Shown: positions 19,711 through 30,172 of the stretch, in pieces | Layout: every line of letters begins with the position of its first letter | Numbering within the stretch: the first letter of the stretch is position 1 | From: an uncultured Acidobacteriota bacterium | GTDB lineage: Bacteria; Acidobacteriota; Thermoanaerobaculia; UBA5066; DATFVB01 | DNA: 64,000 bases | NCBI GenBank assembly: GCA_963813155.1 | Contig: CAWEYG010000002.1 | Coordinates: forward strand, 512,001 to 576,000 | Direction of reading: 5' to 3' | Program-made: the position numbers and the translations under genes | The notes under the pieces: model-generated | What the model was told of the DNA's origin: nothing | Database searches by the model: none | What the model saw: only the letters and a program-made list of their open reading frames with translations

Positions 19711-22383
19711 ATGAGAGCAGATCAACTGACCGTCAAAGCCCAGGAGGCGCTCGCGGAGGCGCAGCGCGGAGCCCGCGAATCCGGGCACGCGGAGACGACG
19801 CCGGACCACCTCCTGAAGGCGCTCATCGAGCAGGAAGAGGGGATCGTCGCCCCGATCCTCGCGAAAGTCGGAGTCGCGCGGGAAGCCGTTTCCCGCGAGC
19901 TCGAGGCGTCGCTCTCCCGGAGGTCGAAGGTCTCCGGATCGTCGGCCGAGCCGCAGATCGCGCCCGCTCTCGCGAAGGTCCTCGACCGGGCGCTGGAAAT
20001 CGCCCACAAGTTCCAGGACGAGTATGTCTCGACCGAGCACCTGCTTCTCGCAATTGCGGACGCGCGCGGAACGCAGGCCGAGAAAATCCTGTCGGCCGCC
20101 GGAGCCAAAGAGTCCGCCCTGCTCGCCGCGCTCAAGGAAGTCCGCGGCTCCGCGCGAGTGACCGATCCGAATCCCGAAGACAAATACCAGGCGCTCAAGA
20201 AATACGCTCGAGACCTGACCGAGGCGGCGCGCAAGGGCAAACTCGACCCGGTCATCGGCCGGGATGACGAGATTCGGCGCGTGATCCAGGTGCTTTCGCG
20301 GCGCACGAAAAACAACCCCGTCCTGATCGGCGAACCCGGCGTCGGAAAGACGGCGATCGTCGAGGGCCTCGCGCAGCGAATTCATTCCGGGGACGTGCCG
20401 GAGGGTCTCAAAAGAAAGTCCGTCGTCGCGATGGATCTCGGCTCCCTCATCGCGGGCGCGAAGTACCGCGGCGAATTCGAAGACCGGCTCAAGGCCGTTT
20501 TGAAGGAAGTCGAAGAGGCCGAGGGGCGCGTCATCCTGTTCATCGACGAGCTCCATACGCTCGTCGGCGCGGGCGCGTCCGAAGGATCGATGGACGCCTC
20601 GAACATGCTCAAGCCGGCCCTCGCCCGCGGCGAGCTTCGCGCGATCGGCGCGACGACCCTGAACGAATACCAGAAGTACATCGAGAAAGACGCGGCCCTC
20701 GAGCGGCGTTTCCAGCCCGTCTACGTGGAAGAGCCGACCCTCGAGGACACGATTGCGATCCTTCGCGGCCTCAAGGAGAAATACGAGGTTCACCACGGCG
20801 TGAGGATCACCGACGCGGCGATCGTCGCAGCCGCAACTCTCTCTTACCGCTACATCACGGACCGGTTCCTGCCGGACAAGGCGATCGACCTGGTCGACGA
20901 AGCGGCGTCCGGACTGCGGATCGAGATCGACTCCCTCCCGACCGAGATCGACGAGATCGAGCGGCGGATCGTGAGTCTCGAGATCGAAAAGCGAGCCCTG
21001 TCCCGCGAGGAAACGCCGGCCGCGAAGGAGCGGCTCTCGGCGATCGAGAGGATCCTGTCCGACGAAAAGGAAAAGTCCTCGCAACTCAAGCTCCAGTGGA
21101 ACAACGAGAAAGAAGCGATCGGAAAGCTCCGGTCGCTGAAGGAAGAGATCGAGGGGGTCAAGGCGCAGGCGCTGGAGGCGGAACGCGCCGGAGACCTGGA
21201 GAAGACCTCGATCCTGCGCTACGGAACGCTGCGGCAGCTCGAAGAGTCTCTCTCCGAAGCGAACGCGAAGCTCGCGTCGGTTCAGAAGACGGCGGCCCCG
21301 ATGCTCAAGGAAGAGGTCGACGAAGAGGACATCGCGAAAGTCGTCGCGAAGTGGACCGGCATTCCGGTGTCGCGCATGATGGAAGCCGAGAGCCAGAAGC
21401 TCCTGCGGATGGAGTCGCGGCTGCGCCTCCGCGTCGTCGGGCAGGAGGAGGCCGTGCAGGCGGTCTCGGACGCCGTGCGGCGGTCGCGCGCGGGCCTTTC
21501 CGACCCGAATCGGCCGGTCGGCTCCTTCATCTTCCTCGGGCCGACGGGCGTCGGGAAGACCGAGCTGTCGCGAGCCCTGGCGGAATTCCTCTTCGACGAC
21601 GAGAACGCGATGGTGCGGCTCGACATGTCGGAGTACATGGAGAAGCACAGCGTCTCGCGGATGATCGGCGCTCCCCCGGGGTACGTCGGCTACGAAGAGG
21701 GCGGCCAGCTCACGGAGGCCGTCCGGCGCCGGCCCTACAGCGTGATCCTTTTCGACGAGATCGAGAAGGCGCATCCCGAAGTCTTCAACGTGCTGCTGCA
21801 GCTGCTCGACGACGGTCGCCTGACCGACGGCAAGGGACGCAAGGTCGACTTCCGCAACGCCGTCGTCATCCTGACGTCGAACATCGGGTCCGAATGGATC
21901 ATCGAGCTCGCGGAACGGGACGAGGAAGAGATGAAGGCGAAGGTCACCGAGGCGCTCGCGCGCCACTTCCGCCCGGAGTTCCTGAACCGCATCGACGACG
22001 TCGTCGTCTTTCACCGGCTTCAGGAAGCCCAGATTGAAAAGATCGTCGACATCCAGCTCGATCGGCTCGCCGCGACGCTCTCGGGCCGCGGCATCCGGCT
22101 CGCCTGGACGCCCGAGGTTCGCGAATGGCTCGCGAAACGGGGCTACGACCCGGCTTTCGGGGCCCGGCCCCTGAAGCGCACGATCCAGAAGACCGTGCAG
22201 GACGCCCTCGCGCGCCGAGTCCTGGAGGGCAGGCTCACGGGAAAGAAGGCCCTCGCGATCGGCGTCGACCCGGCCGCCGACGCCCTGACGTTCCGGGAGA
22301 TCGACGACCGCGAGTTCGAACAGCTCGCGAAAGCGCGGGAGAAGGAAACGCCCGCCGACCCGGCCTCCGCGGCGATTCACTGA
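19711..22383 (+). CDS. clpB: ATP-dependent disaggregase ClpB
   Basis: Two AAA+ modules ([16 protein letters not shown]) with a long coiled-coil middle domain; 890 aa. Confidence 0.97.
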   Translation: MRADQLTVKAQEALAEAQRGARESGHAETTPDHLLKALIEQEEGIVAPILAKVGVAREAVSRELEASLSRRSKVSGSSAEPQIAPALAKVLDRALEIAHKFQDEYVSTEHLLLAIADARGTQAEKILSAAGAKESALLAALKEVRGSARVTDPNPEDKYQALKKYARDLTEAARKGKLDPVIGRDDEIRRVIQVLSRRTKNNPVLIGEPGVGKTAIVEGLAQRIHSGDVPEGLKRKSVVAMDLGSLIAGAKYRGEFEDRLKAVLKEVEEAEGRVILFIDELHTLVGAGASEGSMDASNMLKPALARGELRAIGATTLNEYQKYIEKDAALERRFQPVYVEEPTLEDTIAILRGLKEKYEVHHGVRITDAAIVAAATLSYRYITDRFLPDKAIDLVDEAASGLRIEIDSLPTEIDEIERRIVSLEIEKRALSREETPAAKERLSAIERILSDEKEKSSQLKLQWNNEKEAIGKLRSLKEEIEGVKAQALEAERAGDLEKTSILRYGTLRQLEESLSEANAKLASVQKTAAPMLKEEVDEEDIAKVVAKWTGIPVSRMMEAESQKLLRMESRLRLRVVGQEEAVQAVSDAVRRSRAGLSDPNRPVGSFIFLGPTGVGKTELSRALAEFLFDDENAMVRLDMSEYMEKHSVSRMIGAPPGYVGYEEGGQLTEAVRRRPYSVILFDEIEKAHPEVFNVLLQLLDDGRLTDGKGRKVDFRNAVVILTSNIGSEWIIELAERDEEEMKAKVTEALARHFRPEFLNRIDDVVVFHRLQEAQIEKIVDIQLDRLAATLSGRGIRLAWTPEVREWLAKRGYDPAFGARPLKRTIQKTVQDALARRVLEGRLTGKKALAIGVDPAADALTFREIDDREFEQLAKAREKETPADPASAAIH

Positions 22384-22450
22384 AACTTCCCGGCCGACAT
22401 CCGGGCCGACCGGAAGGAATGCCGGAAAGCCGGCCCGCGTTGGAAAGCGC

Positions 22451-23782
22451 ATGACGAGTGTTTTCCGGAAGCCCCTCGAAATCCGGGCGGCGGCCTGCGG
22501 AGCCGTCTCCCTTCTTCTCGCCTCCTGGTCCGGCGCCGCGACTCCCCCGACCCGGCGCAACGAAGTCGTCGCCGTCGTCGAGAAAGTCTCTCCCGCGGTC
22601 GTCAACATTTCGGCCGAGCAGACGGTTCGCCGCCAGCCCACGATCTTCGACCAGTTCTTCGGCGAACCCGGCGGCTCGCCGCGGCGCTATAAGACGAAGT
22701 CGCTCGGGTCCGGCGTCGTCATCAACGGCAACGGAGTGATCCTCACCAACGACCACGTCGTGTCGGGCGCGTCGAAAATCATCGCCACGACGAAGAGCGG
22801 CCAGGAGTACGAGTGCGAAGTCGTCGGCTCGGACCGCGACAACGACGTCGCCGTGCTTCGCGTCAAGGGCTCCCGGGGCAACCTTCCGATGCTCCCGATG
22901 GGCAATTCCTCCGACATCCTGATCGGCGAAACGGTCATCGCGATCGGCAACCCGTTCGGCCTGTCCAACACGGTCACGGCCGGCGTCGTGTCCGCTCTCG
23001 GCCGAACCGTTCCGGAAGAAAACACCCAGCGCGTCTTCACGGATTTCATCCAGACCGACGCGTCGATCAACCCCGGAAACTCGGGCGGCCCGCTCGTCAA
23101 CGTCGACGGCCAGCTGATCGGCATCAACACGGCGATCGTCGGGGGCGCATCCGGAATCGGCTTCGCGATCCCGATCGACCGCGCGAAACGGATCGTCGAA
23201 GACATTCTCCACTTCGGCTCGGTGCGGCCGGCCTGGATCGGAGTGCGGGGCCGCACGGCGACGTCCCGGCTCGGGAGCGAGGGAAAGCCCCTTGGATTCC
23301 GCGTGACCTCCATCGAGGCCGGATCCCCCGCGGCGCGCGCCGGGATCGAGAAGAACGACGTGATCACCGAGGCCGGCGGGCGCGCCGTCGCTTCGAAGAA
23401 CGACTTCGACACGGCGCTCTCGAGCGTCGTCCCGGGACAACTCATCCCGCTGTCGATCAAGACCGGAAACTCCTCGAAAAAGATTTCGCTGCGCACGGCG
23501 GAACCTCCCCCGTCGCTCTGGTCGCAGGTCCTGCGGAAGGACGTCGGAATCGAGGTGGCGCCGGAGCGGGGAACTCTCCGAATCGCGCAGGTCGCGCGGG
23601 GATCGGCCGCCTCGCGCGCCGGCCTCGAGCCGGGCGACTCCCTCGTGGGCCTCAACGGCGAGCCGGTTCGGTCGGAGAAGGACGCGGCGGCGGTCCTGAA
23701 TCGCGACTTCAACCGCACGACGCTCCTGATGACCGTCGCCCGCGGCGGCTGGGAGTACACGCTCACGTTTCCGCTGGATTAG
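22451..23782 (+). CDS. HtrA/DegP-family serine protease with two PDZ domains
   Basis: TNDHVV, QTDASINPGNSGGP, N-terminal signal-like segment, two PDZ-like repeats. Confidence 0.92.
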   Translation: MTSVFRKPLEIRAAACGAVSLLLASWSGAATPPTRRNEVVAVVEKVSPAVVNISAEQTVRRQPTIFDQFFGEPGGSPRRYKTKSLGSGVVINGNGVILTNDHVVSGASKIIATTKSGQEYECEVVGSDRDNDVAVLRVKGSRGNLPMLPMGNSSDILIGETVIAIGNPFGLSNTVTAGVVSALGRTVPEENTQRVFTDFIQTDASINPGNSGGPLVNVDGQLIGINTAIVGGASGIGFAIPIDRAKRIVEDILHFGSVRPAWIGVRGRTATSRLGSEGKPLGFRVTSIEAGSPAARAGIEKNDVITEAGGRAVASKNDFDTALSSVVPGQLIPLSIKTGNSSKKISLRTAEPPPSLWSQVLRKDVGIEVAPERGTLRIAQVARGSAASRAGLEPGDSLVGLNGEPVRSEKDAAAVLNRDFNRTTLLMTVARGGWEYTLTFPLD

Positions 23783-24698
23783 TTCGCGGCCGCGCGCCTG
23801 CCCGGCTTCATTTCCGACACGACGATCCCGGCGATGACGAACCCGCCGCCGGCGAGACCCCGGGCTCCGAGCCGCTCCCCCAGGATGATCGCCGCGAAGA
23901 TGGCCGTCCAGAACGGCTCGAGCGCGTAGATCACGGCCGCGTGGGTCGCGGACATCTTCGTCTGCGCCCACGTCGTCACGATGAACGTGATCAGGGTCGC
24001 GAACACGATCATGTAGGAGATGGCGGCGACGAACGGCTGCGATCGAACACCATCGGCCTCGCCTCGTACCCGACGAGGGCGAGCGGGGGATGCCCGACCC
24101 GGAGCCAGAAGGACAGGATCCACAGCGTCGCCGCAGCTACCGTCAGTTGAAACGCGGTGAACCGCAGCGTCGGGTGCCGCGGCGCGCGCTCGGCGTTCTC
24201 CACGATATAGATCGCGAACATTACCGCGCAGACGAACACCATCAGGTCGCCCCGGTTGACGTGGCCACCGCCGGCCGGCCAGGAGAGCAGAAAAAAACCG
24301 GCCGTCGCCAGCAGAATGCCGAGGAGATTCGCGATTCCCGGCCCGCGGCGCGTGCGGAAGATCGCGAAAAACGGCGTCAACACGACCGAGAGCCCCGTGA
24401 TGAACGCCGTCTTCGAAGCGCTCGTCTCGGTCTGGCCGGCGATCTGAAACGCCATCCCGAACGTCAGGACGACTCCGAGAAAGACGCTGTCTCGAACGAT
24501 CGACGGCGTGCGGACCTGGCGGGCCGAAGCCAGGAGCAGCAGCACCGCTGCGACGCTGAACCGGAGGGCGAGGTAGGCGATCGGCGGCTCTCGCCCGATC
24601 ACTTTCGCGTTGACGATGAACGTCGACCCCCAGATGAGCGTGATCCCGACGAGCGCGATGTCTGCCTTCCACGAGGAGTTTTCCGACGCGGCGCTCAT
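23779..24698 (-). CDS. EamA/DMT family transporter (frameshift near 24040)
   Basis: IWGSTF, LALRF, SASKTAFITG, AAVIYALEP. Confidence 0.85.
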
Positions 24699-24728
24699 CG
24701 CGCGCGATCGTATAAGATCGCGGATCTC

Positions 24729-26147
24729 ATGTCCGTCCGCGTGCGTTTCGCGCCTTCTCCCACCGGCAGCCTCCACGTCGGCGGGGCGAGAACGGCTCTC
24801 GACAATTTTCTGTTCGCGCGGCACTCCGGCGGCGTCCACATCCTCCGAATCGAGGACACCGACGTCGAGCGATCCCGCGCCGAGCTGACGGACCAGATCC
24901 TGCGCTCGATGGAATGGCTCGGGCTGGAATGGGACGAAGGGCCGATCCACCAGTCGGATCGCATGGACCTCTACCGGGCGAAGGCCGACGAGCTGCTCGC
25001 CGCGGGGAAGGCGTACCGGTGCTTCTGTTCTCAGGAGGATCTGGACGCCGAGCGAAAGCGCGCCGAGGCGGAAAAACGCGCCTACCAGTATTCCAAGAAG
25101 TGCCGAAATCTCGATCCGGCGGACTCGGACCGCCGGGCCTCCGCCGGCGAAAGGTTCGTCCTGCGCCTGCGCGTTCCGCCCGACCCCATCGCCGTCGACG
25201 ACCTCATCCGCGGACGAATCGAGTTTCCCGCCGGCGCGACGGACGACTTCGTGCTCGTCCGGTCGGGGGGACATCCGCTCTACCACTTCACCGTCTGCGT
25301 CGACGACGTGGACATGCGCATCACGCACGTCATCCGCGGCGACGACCACCTCGCGAACACGCCCAAGCACGTCGCTCTGTTCGGGGCGCTCGGAGCGGAG
25401 CTTCCGAAGTTCGCCCACCTCGGCATGATCTACGGCACGGATCGAAAGAAGCTCTCGAAGCGGCACGGCGCGGCCTCTGTCGAGGAATGGCGGGACGCCG
25501 GCATCTTTCCGGAGACCCTCGTGAACTTCCTCGCGCTGCTCGGATGGTCGCCCGGCGACGACCGCGAGATCATGACGCTGCCGGAAATGATCCGGGACTT
25601 CTCGCTCGACCGCGTGGGATCGTCGCCCTCCGTGTTCGATCCGGACAAGCTCCTCTGGATGAACTCGAAGTACCTGGCGGCGATGTCTCCCGAAGAGATC
25701 CTCCGCCGCGCCGAAGCCGGCGGCGCGACGATCCGCAATCCCAGGATCGCCCTCGCCGCGATTCCCCTTCACCGCGAGCGGTCGCGGACGCTTCCGGAGC
25801 TTCTCTCGGCCCTCGCCGACTACGAAGAAGATCCGAGCAACTACGACCCGGCCGGCCTGAAGAAAAACGTGGGACCGGAGACTCCCGCGCTCCTGTCCGA
25901 TCTCGCCGGACGATTCGCCGCCCTCGGCTCGTTCGAAAAGGCCGGCCTCGAGGAGGCGCTCCGCCAGGTCGCGAACGAAAAGGGCGTCGCCGCGGGAAAG
26001 CTCATCCATCCCCTTCGCCTCGCGGCGACCGGAAAGACCGTCGGCGCGCCGCTCTTCGACGTTCTGGAGCTGCTCGGGAAGGAGACCGTCGAACGGAGGA
26101 TTCGAAACTTCGTCGCGGCGATCAGCGCGGGACCTCAGTCTCCTTAG
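24729..26147 (+). CDS. gltX: Glutamate--tRNA ligase
   Basis: RFAPSPTG, HVGG, LRIEDTD, KLSKR, and a full anticodon-binding domain (so not GluQ-RS). Confidence 0.96.
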   Translation: MSVRVRFAPSPTGSLHVGGARTALDNFLFARHSGGVHILRIEDTDVERSRAELTDQILRSMEWLGLEWDEGPIHQSDRMDLYRAKADELLAAGKAYRCFCSQEDLDAERKRAEAEKRAYQYSKKCRNLDPADSDRRASAGERFVLRLRVPPDPIAVDDLIRGRIEFPAGATDDFVLVRSGGHPLYHFTVCVDDVDMRITHVIRGDDHLANTPKHVALFGALGAELPKFAHLGMIYGTDRKKLSKRHGAASVEEWRDAGIFPETLVNFLALLGWSPGDDREIMTLPEMIRDFSLDRVGSSPSVFDPDKLLWMNSKYLAAMSPEEILRRAEAGGATIRNPRIALAAIPLHRERSRTLPELLSALADYEEDPSNYDPAGLKKNVGPETPALLSDLAGRFAALGSFEKAGLEEALRQVANEKGVAAGKLIHPLRLAATGKTVGAPLFDVLELLGKETVERRIRNFVAAISAGPQSP

Positions 26148-26163
26148 GCACCCCGCCTTCCCG

Positions 26164-27210
26164 ATGCGCGCCGTCCGACTGAATCGAACCGGAGAAGGCC
26201 TGCGGGACGAAAACGTTCCCGACGCCGCACCCGGCGAGGGCGAGATCGTGGTCCAGGTCCGGGCCGCCGGGATCTGCCACTCGGACGCGCACTATCGAAA
26301 GGACCCGGGCCGGACGAAGCTGCCCGTCACGCCGGGCCACGAAATCGCGGGCGTCGTCGCCGCCGTCGGAAAGGGCGTTGCCGATTTCTCCGCAGGCGAT
26401 CGGGTCGCGCTCCACTACCTTGTCTCTTGCGGGCTCGTCTCGTGCAGCCAATGTTCCGATCGCCTTCGCGGCGGCGAAAGGTTCTGCGCCGAGGCCTCGA
26501 TGTTCGGAAAGGATCGCGACGGAGGGTACGCCGAGCTCGTGGCCGCCCCGGCCGCCAACGCCGTGCGGATACCCGATTCCGTGCCGTTCGAGCAGGCCGC
26601 GGTGATGATGTGCTCCTCGGCCACGGCGCTCCACGCGCTCCGGCTCGCGGGTCTGCGCCCGGGCGAATCCGTTCTCGTCGTCGGTTTCGGAGGCCTCGGC
26701 TTCTCTGCGGTCGAGCTCGCGAAGGCGTTCGGGGCAGGCCGGATCTTTGCGGCCGACGTCGTCCCGGCCAAGCTCGAGGCTGCCCGGGCGCTCGGCGCGG
26801 AAACGGTCGACGCCTCGGACGGGACGATCGAGGACCGCGTCGCCGCCCTCACGAACGGACGCGGTGCCGACGTCGCGCTCGATTTCGCCGGCTCGCCCGC
26901 GGCGCGGACCTCGGCTCTCCGCTCGCTCGCCCCGGAAGGCCGGCTCGTGATCGTCGCGCTCGACGACCGGCCGTTCCCCTTCGACCCGTACCGCGACGTT
27001 CTCGGGAAGGAGAGACGGATCATCGGGTGCTCCGACCATCTCTTCAGCGACCTGACGGAACTGATGGATCTCGCGGCAGCGAAGCGCATCGACCTTTCGG
27101 GAGCCGTCACCCGAACCGTGCCGCTCGAAGCGGCGGAGATCAACGGGGTCCTGGACGAGCTCGATACCGGGACGTCGCACCTGCGCGCGGTGATCCTCCC
27201 GCGCGGCTGA
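26164..27210 (+). CDS. Zinc-dependent alcohol dehydrogenase (MDR family)
   Basis: GICHSD, PGHE, structural Zn cysteines, GFGGLG. Confidence 0.9.
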   Translation: MRAVRLNRTGEGLRDENVPDAAPGEGEIVVQVRAAGICHSDAHYRKDPGRTKLPVTPGHEIAGVVAAVGKGVADFSAGDRVALHYLVSCGLVSCSQCSDRLRGGERFCAEASMFGKDRDGGYAELVAAPAANAVRIPDSVPFEQAAVMMCSSATALHALRLAGLRPGESVLVVGFGGLGFSAVELAKAFGAGRIFAADVVPAKLEAARALGAETVDASDGTIEDRVAALTNGRGADVALDFAGSPAARTSALRSLAPEGRLVIVALDDRPFPFDPYRDVLGKERRIIGCSDHLFSDLTELMDLAAAKRIDLSGAVTRTVPLEAAEINGVLDELDTGTSHLRAVILPRG

Positions 27211-27225
27211 TTTCGGGGACGGCGG

Positions 27226-27579
27226 TCAGCGCTCCCGGGCCTTCGTCGGGGCGGGCCTGTACGATTCGCTCATCGCACGCAGCTTCCGGATCGTCTCGCG
27301 CAGGACGCCGACCGCTCCCGGGATCTCGCGTCCGTAGAGCTTCATCTCGGCCTCGCAGTCGGTCATGCCGTAGACGGCGGCATCGCTTTCCAGACGGTTC
27401 TTCTCGAACTCGAGTCGCTCGACGAGCTCGTCGATCTCCGACCGGAGGATGTAGGAGAGGTCCCGATCGCCCAGATAGCGCCCGCACTGGGGGCAGTGGA
27501 TCGTCTGATAGCCGTCGAGCGGCTCGTCGATCACGAACTGCCTCTCGCAGCGGGGGCATTCGAAGACCTCGGGCAACAT
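27226..27579 (-). CDS. Hypothetical zinc-ribbon protein (117 aa)
   Basis: CPRC-x17-CPQC followed by a helical region; GACAAT 9 nt upstream of the ATG. Confidence 0.65.
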   Translation of the reverse strand: MLPEVFECPRCERQFVIDEPLDGYQTIHCPQCGRYLGDRDLSYILRSEIDELVERLEFEKNRLESDAAVYGMTDCEAEMKLYGREIPGAVGVLRETIRKLRAMSESYRPAPTKARER

Positions 27580-27629
27580 GGCAGAAGAATTGTCCGCCTC
27601 GCCGCGGGAGAATGCAACGGGTGGAACGC

Positions 27630-27989
27630 TCACCCGCCGGATTTCTTCGGGCGGAATCCCTCGCTTGACAAAAGTGACAAAACGGTCTCCACGTGGTCGC
27701 CCTGGATCTCGATGACGCCGTTCTTGACGGTGCCTCCGGCGCCACAGCGCGCCTTCAATTTCTTCGCGAGAGCCGCGAGCGGGTCCTCGGATTCTTCGAG
27801 GCCCGTCACGACGGTCACCGTCTTGCCGGCGCGACCCGACGAGCTTCGCGAGACGCGGACACGCTGATCCTTTTTCGGAGCGGCGGAAGTCTTCGAGCAG
27901 GCGCACTGGTCGGCCGGCCACCCGCACTTCGCGCAGCGAGAAACGCCGCCGGAACCTCCGGGGCCCGAGGAATAAACGAGGGGCCTTAT
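27630..27989 (-). CDS. yciH: SUI1/YciH translation initiation factor homolog (probable ATA start)
   Basis: RPLVYSS, CAKC...CAC, GRAGKTVTVVTG, LKARCGAGGTVKNGVIEIQGDH. Confidence 0.88.
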   Translation of the reverse strand: MRPLVYSSGPGGSGGVSRCAKCGWPADQCACSKTSAAPKKDQRVRVSRSSSGRAGKTVTVVTGLEESEDPLAALAKKLKARCGAGGTVKNGVIEIQGDHVETVLSLLSSEGFRPKKSGG

Positions 27990-29359
27990 GCCCGGATTTC
28001 TCCCACTCTTCGAAAGTATTCCGCGAAAGCCATCATTCCGCCGCGGGCCTGCTGCCAGTCGAAGTTCTCGTTCGGAGCATGGTAGCCGTGCTCCGGCAGC
28101 GAGAGGCCGAGGAAGTAAACGGGCGCCTTCAGCACTTTTTCCATCGAAAGGACGGCCCCGATCGAACCACCCTCGCGGACGAAGACGGGCTCTTTGCCGA
28201 ACGCGAACTTCATCGACGCCCTGATCGCATCGGCGTGCGGCCCCGTCGTCTTCGCGAGATAGCCCGGCAGCTCGTGCTCGTGCCAGACTTCCACGTCGGG
28301 GTTCTTCTTCTTCACGAAAGCTTTCACGAGCTTGACGATCTTCTTCGGATTCTGATTCGGAACGAGCCGGCACGAAACGATCGCTGTCGCCGACGGAGGA
28401 ATGATCGTCTTGACGCCCGGTCCGACGTAGCCCCCGGCGATTCCGTGGACTTCGAAGGTCGGCATCATCCAGATCCGCTTCATGACCTCGAGAGGATCGT
28501 CGACGCGAAGCGATTTCAACAGATGGTCTTTCTTGAATTCGCGCGTCGTGAATCCGCACTTGCGCAGATCGTCGAGCTCTTTCTTCGTCGGCTTGACGAC
28601 GTCGTCGTAGAAGCCGGGAATCTTCACCCGCCCCGTTTTCGCGTCGAGGCACTCGGCGATGAGCGCGCAGATCTCGGCCTGCGGATTTCGCGCAGCGCCC
28701 CCGGTCGTCCCGGAGTGCTGATCGGTTTCGCCCGTCCGCAGCGTGAAGCGGAAACCCTGAAGGCCCCGCAGGCCCGCCGGGCAGGCCGGATGCTTTCGCG
28801 AAACCCAGACCGTGTCGGAGACAACGACCGACTGCGTGCGAAAATCGTCGCGGTGGGCCTTGATCGTCGCCTCGAAATGCGGCGAGCCGATTTCCTCCTC
28901 GAGCTCCCACAGGAAGTCGATGTTGACCCGCGCGCCGTTGTCGGCGGCGTACTTCGCCCCGAAGAGTGCGGAAATCGCGGGCCCCTTGTCGTCGGTCGTT
29001 CCTCGCCCGAGATAGCGATCGCCGTCGCGAACGAACCGGAACGGCTCGGTCTTCCAGTCCGGCCCCTCGGCGGGCTGAACGTCGAGATGGTTGTAGATCG
29101 TGGCGGTCGGAAATGCCGGGTCGAGCTCGAACCGTCCGTGGACGAGCGGGTGGCCCCCGGTCTCGTAGACCCGGGCGCGCGCGCCCATCGATTCGAGCAG
29201 CTGCGCGGCGTATCGCGCGCCGCGGGCCATGTCGTCCCGGTGCTCCGGCTCGACGGAGACCGTGGGGATATCCACGATGTCCCGCAGCACCGACTCGAAC
29301 CTGTCCCGCGACGCGTCGGCGTACTGCGAGACCGAATTCTTCGAGAATTGATCCGGCAT
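27986..29359 (-). CDS. M20/M25/M40 metallo-hydrolase (dipeptidase)
   Basis: YNHLDVQP, GRGTTDDKGP, EEEIGS, HAPNE. Confidence 0.9.
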   Translation of the reverse strand: MPDQFSKNSVSQYADASRDRFESVLRDIVDIPTVSVEPEHRDDMARGARYAAQLLESMGARARVYETGGHPLVHGRFELDPAFPTATIYNHLDVQPAEGPDWKTEPFRFVRDGDRYLGRGTTDDKGPAISALFGAKYAADNGARVNIDFLWELEEEIGSPHFEATIKAHRDDFRTQSVVVSDTVWVSRKHPACPAGLRGLQGFRFTLRTGETDQHSGTTGGAARNPQAEICALIAECLDAKTGRVKIPGFYDDVVKPTKKELDDLRKCGFTTREFKKDHLLKSLRVDDPLEVMKRIWMMPTFEVHGIAGGYVGPGVKTIIPPSATAIVSCRLVPNQNPKKIVKLVKAFVKKKNPDVEVWHEHELPGYLAKTTGPHADAIRASMKFAFGKEPVFVREGGSIGAVLSMEKVLKAPVYFLGLSLPEHGYHAPNENFDWQQARGGMMAFAEYFRRVGEIRA

Positions 29360-29372
29360 CCTCACTCCTTGT

Positions 29373-30113
29373 TCACTTCTTCTTTTGAGACTTCGACGCG
29401 TTCCGAACCCGGGCCGAACCCGGCCGGGCTTTCTTTGCGGAAACCTTCCGGGCCGGGGCCTTCCGTGCGCGGGGTTTTGGACGGGCCGACTTCTTTTTCC
29501 GGGAAGGCTTCGGCAAACTCTTCTTCGCTTTCGGGGGGGCTTTCGCAGGGCTCTTCTTCTTGCCTTTCGCGACGATCTTCTCCAGCTTTCGCGGCTCCGA
29601 GCGGGGCGCCTGGGCGGGAGCTTCGGGCGCGGTCGCCGCCTTGAGGGCCATACGCTTCTCGCGGGCCACGCTTCGCGACGCCGCGGCGGCCGCCTTGCGC
29701 TCTTCGGCCCGGTGCTGGCGCTCTTCCCGGGCGGCCTCTTCGGCTGCGGCTCGCTGCGCCTCCCATTTCGGCAGCCGCTCCGCGATGACGGCCGAAAGCT
29801 CGCGCTCGGAGTAGACCTGGATTTTCGGCACCCGCTCTTTCAGCAGATCCTTCCGATCGTCGAACACGTGCATCGCGAACAATTCGAGCTCGCGCGTGTC
29901 CTTCGCCTTGGAGAGGTAGTCCGCCGTCTCGAGAGCGTGGGACGGAGCCTTCGAAAAGTCGATGACGATCGCCGCCGGCTTCTCCCGCCGGGCCACTTCC
30001 GAGAATCGGGGCCAGCGGGGCTCCTCGACGATCAACTGGGCGCCCGACTTGGCGAGCCGCGAGGCCTTCGCGTCGCGAGTCTCGCTCGCGAAATGCAGAA
30101 ACAGCACCTTCAT
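29373..30113 (-). CDS. Hypothetical protein: receiver-like N-terminus, coiled coil and Lys/Ala/Pro-rich basic tail
   Basis: MKVLFL...KPAAIVIDFSKAP; tail KGKKKSPAKAPPKAKKS...; SD-like GAGGT upstream. Confidence 0.7.
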   Translation of the reverse strand: MKVLFLHFASETRDAKASRLAKSGAQLIVEEPRWPRFSEVARREKPAAIVIDFSKAPSHALETADYLSKAKDTRELELFAMHVFDDRKDLLKERVPKIQVYSERELSAVIAERLPKWEAQRAAAEEAAREERQHRAEERKAAAAASRSVAREKRMALKAATAPEAPAQAPRSEPRKLEKIVAKGKKKSPAKAPPKAKKSLPKPSRKKKSARPKPRARKAPARKVSAKKARPGSARVRNASKSQKKK

Positions 30114-30172
30114 CGCAGACCTCATTTCGGCTGAATTTATTCGCTTTCCGGTGTTTCCGGAAGCCCTTTTTA

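Noticed and set aside
14475-22641. Very long alternative-frame or antisense ORFs (e.g. 14475..18233, 19693..22641; also 38702..41407)
   Set aside because: These are shadow ORFs expected at high GC opposite well-conserved genes; they are Arg/Gly-rich with no motifs.
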